Of a stretch of 64,000 nt of DNA, positions 56,898-64,000 are shown piece after piece (the first letter of the stretch is position 1; every line of letters starts with the position of its first letter). The DNA lies in the NCBI GenBank assembly GCA_012517355.1, contig JAAYVD010000022.1:75011-139010 (forward strand). The letters are read 5' to 3'. Under the pieces are notes generated by a model. That model had not been told where the DNA came from and ran no database searches. It saw nothing but the letters and a program-made list of their open reading frames with translations. Made by a program: the position numbers and the translations under genes. This DNA is from Candidatus Rifleibacteriota bacterium (GTDB taxonomy: Bacteria; Muiribacteriota; Ozemobacteria; Ozemobacterales; Ozemobacteraceae).

Positions 56898-57788
56898 ATG
56901 GTAAAATGGCCCATGCCCGATTCCGAAAGCCCTTTGGGGCGCGACGTGATGGCTATCCTGGATGCCCTTCCCCTCGGAGAGGACGGCGGAATCGCCTATC
57001 ATCCGGGAGGGCCTTCCTCGGTCGAGGCGACTGCCCTGGCTTGGCTGGCGGCTTTCTCGCATGGGTGTCCAGAGCGTCTCGCCCGTGGACTCGCCTGGGT
57101 AGCCGCCTGTCAGAAGGCGGATGGCGGAACCCCTCTATACAGCGATTTTCCCGAGGAAGGCGGATGGGCCACGGCGCAGGCCACCGTCCTTTTTGCCAAG
57201 GCCGGGTGGCAAGGCCATGTGGCGCGGGGCTTGGCGTTCCTGGCGGACCGACGGTCCCTGACCTTTCCCGTGTCAGACAACGGAGAGGTGCCCATCGACA
57301 CCACCATTCCCGGATGGCCATGGCGGCAAGGTTCCTTCGGGTGGGTGGAGCCGACCGCCTGGGCGATCCTGGCTTTCGAGGCGGGCGGGCGGGGAGATCA
57401 TCCCCGTGCGGAGGAAGGGCGCCGTCTTCTCCTGGATCGGAGCATCGACACGGGGGGATGGAACTACGGCAACCGGGAGGCATTCGACCAGGAGCTCGTC
57501 CCCTTCTGGGACACGACCGCCCTGGCCATTCTCGCTCTCGGCAAATCCTTTCGTGATGACAAGATCGCCAAGGGTTTGGATTTCCTCGAACGGAACCTCG
57601 GTGATATCGCCTCTCCATACAGTCTGGCTCTGAGCCTGTTGGCCCTCGAGGCAGGAAACCGGTCCGTTCCCGGGGCGAAGGAGCGTCTCCGGGGGCTCCT
57701 CATGGACGGCCACCAGGTCCCGGGGAATTCGGTGGCGGTTTCCTGGGCGCTGCTCGCCCTGGGACCCCGAAAGGTCTTCCCGCCATGA
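56898..57788 (+). CDS. Prenyltransferase / squalene-oxidase-repeat (terpenoid cyclase-like alpha/alpha toroid) protein
   Basis: Repeated motifs of the DGGW..Y / GGWNYG type (DGGTPLYSDFPEEGGW, DTGGWNYGNRE). The start may be the second ATG at 56913. Confidence 0.55.
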   Translation: MVKWPMPDSESPLGRDVMAILDALPLGEDGGIAYHPGGPSSVEATALAWLAAFSHGCPERLARGLAWVAACQKADGGTPLYSDFPEEGGWATAQATVLFAKAGWQGHVARGLAFLADRRSLTFPVSDNGEVPIDTTIPGWPWRQGSFGWVEPTAWAILAFEAGGRGDHPRAEEGRRLLLDRSIDTGGWNYGNREAFDQELVPFWDTTALAILALGKSFRDDKIAKGLDFLERNLGDIASPYSLALSLLALEAGNRSVPGAKERLRGLLMDGHQVPGNSVAVSWALLALGPRKVFPP

Positions 57789-58753
57789 ACCGGAGAACAT
57801 TTCTCCAGTGGTTGATGGCTTCGATCGGTGGACTCTGCATTGGTCATGGGCTGGGGCAGACCCGGTTGCCTCTGAGCAGGGTCACCCTCCTGGAGGCTTC
57901 TTCCTATGATGTTGACTTGGTCAGCGGCCTCATGGCCGCCATGGGTGAGGACGGGCTGGCCCTGTCCGGCAAGCGGGTTCTTCTGAAGCCCAACTTCGTC
58001 GAGGTTCATCCGGGCCGGCCGATCAATACTCATCCATCGTTGATCCGACAGGTGGCCGAAGCCTGCCTGCGGCTTGGGGCGCGGGAGGTTCTGGTGGGGG
58101 AGGCGGCCGGGCATCGCCGTGACCCGTGGTTTTCGGTCATGAACCCGGACTTCATAAAAAGTCTTCCGGCGGGTGTCCGGTGCGTGGATCTCAATTATTC
58201 CAGGGTCGTCCGGGTCAGGAACACCAGTGCATATGGTGCCCTCGCTGAATTCCTGCTCCCGCTCCCTCTGCTTTCCTCTGATGTGGTCATCGGACTTCCG
58301 AAAATGAAGACCCATCATTGGATGGGAGTCACCCTCGCCATGAAGAATCTTTTTGGGGTGATGCCCGGGGTCATTTACGGATGGCCGAAAAACACCCTTC
58401 ACGTCAGTGGCCTGGGGCAGACGATCGTCGATCTGGCGCGTTGCGTTCCAACCCATTACCACATCGTTGACGGGATCACCGGCATGGAAGGTGACGGACC
58501 CATCCTCGGCACCCCGCTGCAGGTGGGTGTCGTGGTGGCTGGACGGGATATCCTGGCGGTCGATACCACCGCCGCACGCATCATGGGTTTCGATCCGATG
58601 CAGGTGCCCTACATGCGGGTGGCGGCCTGGCACCTGCCGGGGTTTGGCGAACATCGGAAGACCTATGCGGGGAAGCCGATGACGGCCTTTGCCCGGGATT
58701 TCCAGTGTCTGGAGAAATACCAGGAGTGGAAACTCAACCGGCTAAAAAAATAA
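57785..58753 (+). CDS. TAT-signal DUF362-family protein
   Basis: The N-terminus RRTFLQWLMASIGGLCIG is a twin-arginine signal. The conserved core resembles DUF362 (LLKPNFVEVHPGRPINTHPSLIRQVAE...GLPKMKTHHWMGVTLAMKN). Confidence 0.6.
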   Translation: MNRRTFLQWLMASIGGLCIGHGLGQTRLPLSRVTLLEASSYDVDLVSGLMAAMGEDGLALSGKRVLLKPNFVEVHPGRPINTHPSLIRQVAEACLRLGAREVLVGEAAGHRRDPWFSVMNPDFIKSLPAGVRCVDLNYSRVVRVRNTSAYGALAEFLLPLPLLSSDVVIGLPKMKTHHWMGVTLAMKNLFGVMPGVIYGWPKNTLHVSGLGQTIVDLARCVPTHYHIVDGITGMEGDGPILGTPLQVGVVVAGRDILAVDTTAARIMGFDPMQVPYMRVAAWHLPGFGEHRKTYAGKPMTAFARDFQCLEKYQEWKLNRLKK

Positions 58754-58792
58754 TGGGGCCTGGCGGCCCCAGAAATTGTTCTGAAAAACGCT

Positions 58793-58966
58793 TTAGGACG
58801 CGGCGCTGCTGAGGGTGGTGCCGATGCTGTTGAACATCTTGCTGACGCTGCCGCCGGAGAGGGTCAGGGCGACGATGGCGACGATGGCGATGAGGCCGAT
58901 GATCAGCGCGTACTCAACGAGGCCTTGTCCTTCTTCTTCGCGCACAAACCGACTGATCAGTTCCAT
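58793..58966 (-). CDS. flp: Second Flp/Fap-family pilin (57 aa), absent from the supplied ORF track
   Basis: The minus-strand translation is MELISRFVREEEGQGLVEYALIIGLIAIVAIVALTLSGGSVSKMFNSIGTTLSSAAS. It has a GGAGG-like SD. Confidence 0.8.
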   Translation of the reverse strand: MELISRFVREEEGQGLVEYALIIGLIAIVAIVALTLSGGSVSKMFNSIGTTLSSAAS

Positions 58967-59150
58967 GGTATTCCTCCTTCTGATGTTTGGCCACTGGCCA
59001 CCCTAGCCTACGCAAAGAGCGTGCCAAGGTCTTGCGCGGGATTCGACGCTTTGTTGATGCGGGTTCCCACCGCCAATCCCGCCTTCGCGGAGAATCCCGG
59101 GGAAAAGGTTGAGGTAAGGGTACTCTTCCTGAGGCAAAGAAACCACATTC

Positions 59151-61100
59151 CTACCGTGGGGGGGCCGCCCTCGTGATCCCCCACGGGTCAACACCATCGG
59201 GGAAGCCCGTTTTCAGGCGGTAATCATAGGTTCCCCCGTCCACATCCTTGACGAAGACTGGGCGGGTGGACAGATTCCCGGTTGTCGAGGCGCATCCGAC
59301 ATGGTCCTGCCCGGTGGGGAACCCGGAAATCGCGTTGGGGCCGAAAACCGGGGCCGGAGAATCCCCAGCGAGGTGCTCGATGCCCTTCACGCCTTGGCCG
59401 CCCGGACTACGGTCAGCCACGAGGATGTTCTTCTGGACGAGCATGACCCCTTCGTCGATCCTGATCCCGTAAGGGGAATCAAACGTGTTATAGGTGACGT
59501 CCGGGAGGAGGGCGGCGATATGCAGGCCAACGCCCGTCGCCGAGACGAAAAGGTTGTTGCTGACCAGGAGCGTGCCCCCGGACTCCTCTGTAAACAAGCC
59601 GAATTCGACGAATTCCAGGATGTTGTTTCCGATGAAGGAGATTTCGGAATTCTGGGAGGAACTGATTCCCCGGAGGCAATGGAAGAGGGTGCACCCACTG
59701 ATCTTGGTTCCAATGTTCTCCCTGAGATCCATTCCCGTGGCGGAAAACTCGATCGTCCAGCTGGCCAGGGACAAACCCTGGGTCTGGCTGGCGACCACCC
59801 CCGTCTGGCAGTGATGCAGGCGGGAATCGGCAAAGGTGCCCGTGGCGTTGGTCAGCAGGAGTCCCGTCGCGGCATATCCCAACGTGACGTTGACGAGGGC
59901 TGACTTTTGGGGGGTGTTGGACGTGAACGTGATCCCTCCCCAATCCCCGGCAGCGGGCAGGGCTTTCCCGGAGGACAGGACGATGGGGAAATCGTTGCCG
60001 GCGCTGGCGATCAAGGCTCCCTTGACGGTGATCTCCACCAGATTGGGGTTCCCCCACTTCATGGCATCGTAGTCGGCCATGACCACCTCGACCCCCGGAT
60101 CGATGTGCAGGATGCCGGTCGATTCGATCTTCAGGTCCCCCGCGAGATGGTAGGGGCTGTTGCCACGGGTCCAGGTGACTTCCTGGGTGAGGTTCCCGGG
60201 AATGAGCATGGAAACAGGCTCGGAAGGGCCGCTTTCGTTGCCTGCCAGATCGACGGCGGTGACCCGGTAGAAATATTTCTTCCCGGTGATGACGCCGGCA
60301 TCGACAAACCGCTCCTGGCCACGGGAAATCAGGACCCCCTCGATGGCCGAGAAGGTTCCCGCCAGGCTTTCGCCGCGATAGATGCGGTAACCCTTGAGGT
60401 CCCTTTCCGAATTGGCCGACCAGAAGATCGTGACCGAGTTCGGCAGTTCGGTGAGCGCCGCGGCGACCCCTTTCGGGGGCTCGGGAAGCTTCTCGTCGTC
60501 AAACGTCGCCTGGGTCACGAACGAATGTCCGGAGGAGGTCTCGGACGGCCGATTCTGCCGTGAGGCCACGATCCGGAAGAAATACTTGGTGTTGGGTTTC
60601 AGGTCGGTGATTTCCAGGGAATGCAGGGTGGCATACTGTCCGCCCGGTTCGCGGACGGTCCTGCCCAGCGAAGAGGTCTCCCCGTATTCGACGATCCCGT
60701 TGGTGTAATCGGTGGTCTTCCAGGAGATCAGGGCGGTGGTGGCCGAGACCTCCTTCACCTCCACGTCGCGGAAATCGAAGCTGGCGGTTTCCATGACGAC
60801 TTTCTGCAGGACCGAGGTCGCGCCCGAATAGATGGCCGCCCGGAAGGAGGTGTCGCGGTACCCGGCGAGCTGGGCGACGAATTCCTGTTCCCCGAAACCG
60901 ATCCCCTCAACGTGGAACTTCCCATCGGTGCCAGTCCTTCCCCAGCGGGTCCGGTCGACGGTCCAGCTGACCAGCACGGACGGAAGGACCACCCCGGCGG
61001 TGTCGTAGACGGTTCCTTCGAGGGCCCCTTCGCGCGGGGTGACATTGTTGCCCGTGTCGCAGCCGATGAGCAGGAATCCGGTCATGACGGCCAGGATCAT
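59151..61100 (-). CDS. Lipoprotein with a carboxypeptidase-regulatory-like domain, two fibronectin type III domains and a right-handed parallel beta-helix (pectate-lyase fold) domain
   Basis: Lipobox MILAVMTGFLLIGC. FN3 signatures PNTKYFFRIVA and KKYFYRVTAVDLAGNES. The beta-helix region has repetitive N/G/S-rich strands. The longer ORF start at 61289 is an alternative. Confidence 0.7.
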   Translation of the reverse strand: MILAVMTGFLLIGCDTGNNVTPREGALEGTVYDTAGVVLPSVLVSWTVDRTRWGRTGTDGKFHVEGIGFGEQEFVAQLAGYRDTSFRAAIYSGATSVLQKVVMETASFDFRDVEVKEVSATTALISWKTTDYTNGIVEYGETSSLGRTVREPGGQYATLHSLEITDLKPNTKYFFRIVASRQNRPSETSSGHSFVTQATFDDEKLPEPPKGVAAALTELPNSVTIFWSANSERDLKGYRIYRGESLAGTFSAIEGVLISRGQERFVDAGVITGKKYFYRVTAVDLAGNESGPSEPVSMLIPGNLTQEVTWTRGNSPYHLAGDLKIESTGILHIDPGVEVVMADYDAMKWGNPNLVEITVKGALIASAGNDFPIVLSSGKALPAAGDWGGITFTSNTPQKSALVNVTLGYAATGLLLTNATGTFADSRLHHCQTGVVASQTQGLSLASWTIEFSATGMDLRENIGTKISGCTLFHCLRGISSSQNSEISFIGNNILEFVEFGLFTEESGGTLLVSNNLFVSATGVGLHIAALLPDVTYNTFDSPYGIRIDEGVMLVQKNILVADRSPGGQGVKGIEHLAGDSPAPVFGPNAISGFPTGQDHVGCASTTGNLSTRPVFVKDVDGGTYDYRLKTGFPDGVDPWGITRAAPPR

Positions 61101-61285
61101 GGGCACCAAGGCGGTCGGGGAGGGAAGCCAACGGCCGCCCGTGGCTGGTCGTGACGGGGTGGGCCGGCGCTCGGTGAGGGGGGAGGGCCCCATGGCCATG
61201 CGCGAAGATGGCGTTTCGCGCTGCCATCCGCGGCGGCCAATGGGCGCTTCCGACATCCTGTCGGTCGGACCCTTCCCGTCACTCC

Positions 61286-63859
61286 TCATTTGACGCGCCC
61301 CAGGGCTTCGTGCACGAAGCGTTCGATCTGGGAATGCCGGGGGGCGTGTTTCTGGGCCTTGACGAAGCAGGCCTTGGCCTCGGGCATGAGGCGCTTCTCC
61401 TCGTAGGCGAGCCCCAGGTTGAAGCAGGCGTAGGGATCCTGGGGGGTCAGGTTGACCACCCGCACCAGGGTTTCGATGGCCGAGTCGGGGTCATGGTGGT
61501 CCATGTAGGCCATGCCGAGGTTGTAGAGGGCATAGGTGTCCTCGGGGTTGATCTCGATGGCATGGGTGAAAGCCATGATCGCCTCGTCGAGCTGCCCTTG
61601 TTCGTAGAAGGACATGCCGAGGTGGGAATACGAGTAGGCGTCGTCGGAATCGAGTTCGATGGCCTTGGAGAAGGCCTTGATGGCCATCTGGAGGCGTCCG
61701 GAGTTCTTGTAGATGACTCCCAGGCTGTATTGGGAAAAGGCGTCGTCGGGGTTGAGTTCGATGGCCTTCTTGAAGGACTCCTCGGACCGGGGAAGGTCGC
61801 CCAGGGACCGATAGATGGTGCCGAGGAGATAGTGGGCGAAGAACTGCTTGCCGTCGAGCCGGATGGCCATCATGACGCAGTTGAGGGCGTTCTCGATCTG
61901 GTTGAGGTTCTTGTAGACCGCGCCGAGACTGACCAGGGCGGGTACGTGATCCTCCTTGATGCGCAGGAGTTCTTCCAGGACGTCCCGGGACTCCTCGATC
62001 AGGCCGTTGTTCTTGTAGATGAGTCCGAGGACGAACCGGCTCTCGATATCGCCGGGGTTGAGACGGATCGTCTTCTTGATGGCCTGGACCGCTTCCTCGA
62101 GCATGCCCTGGTTGAAGTAGGCCTTGCCGAGGTGGAAGAAGGCTTCGCGGAACTCGGGGTCGAGTTCGATGGTCCGTTGCCAGGCGCGGATGGCATCGGT
62201 GGAATGGCCGATGCTCTTGTAGGCGATGCCCAACTGCAGGTGGGCATGGGAGAACTCCGGGTCGATGGCGATGGCCTTCTCCCACTCCCGGATGGCTTCG
62301 TCGAGCATGCCCTTTTCCTTGTAGGCGAGGCCGAGCCGGTAATGGGCCCCGGCGTTTTCGGGGTTGATCGCCACCGAGCGCTTCCAGCGCACCAGGTTCT
62401 GGTCGTCGATGCCCTTGAGGCGGTAGATCACCTCGAGGTTGTAGTGGGCGAAGGAGTCGTAGGGGTTGATGGCCAGCACCTTCCGGTATTCGAGAATGGC
62501 CTCGTCGTACATCTCCTTGTTCTTATAGGCGGAAGCCAGCTTGTAGTGAGCCTCGGCGTTGTTGGGATTGTTGACGATCTCGGTCTTGTACCGCTCGATC
62601 ATCATGTCGAGTTCACTCTTGGCCCGCACCGGGGGTTGCGGGGGTTTCTCGGGGGTGTCCTGGCTCTCGTTCTTCTTGCGCTGGTCGGCGGCCTTGCGCC
62701 AGTGGCTGACAGCCAGTTCGCACTGCCCCTTGACGTCGTAGATCTCTCCCAGCAGGTCGTTGGCCCGATGCAGGCCCTGGTCGAGGTAGAGCGCCCGCTT
62801 CAACTCACCCACCGCCTCGTCGAGCATGCCGCGGTCCTTGTAGGCCTGGCCGAGGCTGAAGTGCAGTTCGGCGTCGTTCGGGTTGAGGCCATTCTCGAGC
62901 TTGAATTCGTCGATGGCCTTCTGGGTGTCCCCCTTCTTGCGCAGGACGGTGCCGATGAAGAAATGCAGCCGGGGGAACTTCGGATCGAGCTTGAGGGCGC
63001 GGCGGAACTCGGCCAGGGCAGCGTCGTCCATGGACTTGCGCAGCAGGGCCTGGCCCAGAAAGACCCGGGCCTCGACCAGGTCGGGGCTGATGTCCAGGAC
63101 GCGCTTGAGCGCCTCGATGGTCTCGTCGAACCGGTTGGCGTAGAAGTGGGCGAGGCCGAGGTTGAGGAAGGTAAAGGCGTTTTCCGGGTTGAGGTCGATC
63201 GACTGTTTCAGCACGGCGACCGCCTCGTCATACTGCCGCGCGGCGATGAAAGCCCGGCCCAGTTGGCACAGGGCGTAGGAATCCTGCGGGTTGAGCAGGA
63301 CGGCCTTCTTGAACTCGACCACCGCTTTCTTGCTGCGTCCCACCTCCAGGTAGGTGGAGCCCAGCGCGAAATGGGCGTAGGCGTAGTCGTGATTCAGGTC
63401 GATGGCGTTGCGGAACCGGACGATGGCCTCGTCGTAGAGTTTCTTCAATTTGAAGATCAAGCCGAGCTGCAGGTGCGCGAAGGCGAAATCGGGTTTCAGG
63501 GAGATGGCCTTCTTGAACCGGATGATGGCCTCGTCGAACATGCCCTTGTGCTTGTAGATCACCCCGAGGTTGGCATACGGGAAGGCGTAGTTGTTGTTGA
63601 ACATGATCGCCTTCTTGAACTCCGTGATCGCCTCGTTGATCAGGCCCTTGTTCCGGTACGACAGGCCCAGGAAATTGTGGGCGTAGGCGTCCTTCTGGTT
63701 GATCGAAATGGCTTCCTTGAAGACGTTGATCGCCTCGTCGTTCTCCCCGGTCATCTCGAGGGCCCGGGCCAACTGGTAGTAGGCGAAAAAGTCGCGGGGA
63801 TTGGCGCTGATGCGCTTCTTGCAATCCTTGATGATCTGTTCGAACTTCTGTTCTCTCAT
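61286..63859 (-). CDS. Large TPR-repeat protein (about 24 TPR units)
   Basis: An uninterrupted series of 34-aa units of the form AxAxxxLGxxYxxxGxxxEAIxxFxKAIxLxP. Confidence 0.85.
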   Translation of the reverse strand: MREQKFEQIIKDCKKRISANPRDFFAYYQLARALEMTGENDEAINVFKEAISINQKDAYAHNFLGLSYRNKGLINEAITEFKKAIMFNNNYAFPYANLGVIYKHKGMFDEAIIRFKKAISLKPDFAFAHLQLGLIFKLKKLYDEAIVRFRNAIDLNHDYAYAHFALGSTYLEVGRSKKAVVEFKKAVLLNPQDSYALCQLGRAFIAARQYDEAVAVLKQSIDLNPENAFTFLNLGLAHFYANRFDETIEALKRVLDISPDLVEARVFLGQALLRKSMDDAALAEFRRALKLDPKFPRLHFFIGTVLRKKGDTQKAIDEFKLENGLNPNDAELHFSLGQAYKDRGMLDEAVGELKRALYLDQGLHRANDLLGEIYDVKGQCELAVSHWRKAADQRKKNESQDTPEKPPQPPVRAKSELDMMIERYKTEIVNNPNNAEAHYKLASAYKNKEMYDEAILEYRKVLAINPYDSFAHYNLEVIYRLKGIDDQNLVRWKRSVAINPENAGAHYRLGLAYKEKGMLDEAIREWEKAIAIDPEFSHAHLQLGIAYKSIGHSTDAIRAWQRTIELDPEFREAFFHLGKAYFNQGMLEEAVQAIKKTIRLNPGDIESRFVLGLIYKNNGLIEESRDVLEELLRIKEDHVPALVSLGAVYKNLNQIENALNCVMMAIRLDGKQFFAHYLLGTIYRSLGDLPRSEESFKKAIELNPDDAFSQYSLGVIYKNSGRLQMAIKAFSKAIELDSDDAYSYSHLGMSFYEQGQLDEAIMAFTHAIEINPEDTYALYNLGMAYMDHHDPDSAIETLVRVVNLTPQDPYACFNLGLAYEEKRLMPEAKACFVKAQKHAPRHSQIERFVHEALGRVK

Positions 63860-64000
63860 ACCTACCTCCAGCTCATGGGACCCAGGGCAGTGTTTGGAAC
63901 GGGGCGACGGGCTCGTTGCGGGCCAGCCGGCCGAGATCCTCCGGGAAATGGGGGAAGACCGGGCGGTCGGCCAGTTCCTCAGGGGTGAAGAGGTCGATGC

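Noticed and set aside
58754-58790. Hairpin GGGGCCUGGCGGCCCC between the convergent DUF362 and Flp-2 genes, considered as a terminator
   Set aside because: No clear U-tract follows on either strand, so I left it uncalled.

Overview
This is a dense, very high-GC (about 70%) bacterial chromosomal window, and the strong GC3 bias produces many long antisense shadow ORFs that I did not call. I saw no rRNA, tRNA, CRISPR array or transposase. The contents run in this order.

(1) Two tandem, translationally coupled membrane HAMP/class III nucleotidyl cyclases on the + strand. The first may run off the 5' edge of the window.

(2) A long minus-strand gene run: a STAS anti-sigma antagonist, a HEAT-repeat protein, a membrane protein with a C-terminal zinc ribbon, a 2,532-aa surface protein with about 20 Ig-like repeats and a Kelch propeller, rnhA, and a mucin-like secreted protein.

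(3) An SLH-domain protein.

(4) A type IV pilus / T2SS-like cluster (pilQ, a lipoprotein, pilP, pilO, a pilM-pilN fusion, a GspG-like pilin, pilC, pilB, a TPR protein). It is interrupted by a glycosylation module: an STT3/PglB-like GT-C protein immediately upstream of the pilin, a YfhO-like GT-C protein, a GtrB-like GT2, a DUF2304-like small membrane protein, a second GT2 and a B12-binding radical SAM enzyme.

(5) A GAF-PP2C phosphatase, NagZ, a pair consisting of a zinc-ribbon/TM/TolB-like propeller protein and a PrsW protease, and hflX.

(6) A repeat-rich region from about 50.2 to 56.5 kb holding only secreted proteins plus an MFS-spermidine synthase fusion. Two families of conserved, hairpin-rich intergenic elements sit next to near-consensus sigma70 promoters there.

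(7) Two orphan Flp pilins (one is not in the ORF track), a prenyltransferase-repeat protein, a TAT-signal DUF362 protein, an FN3/beta-helix lipoprotein and an 857-aa TPR protein.
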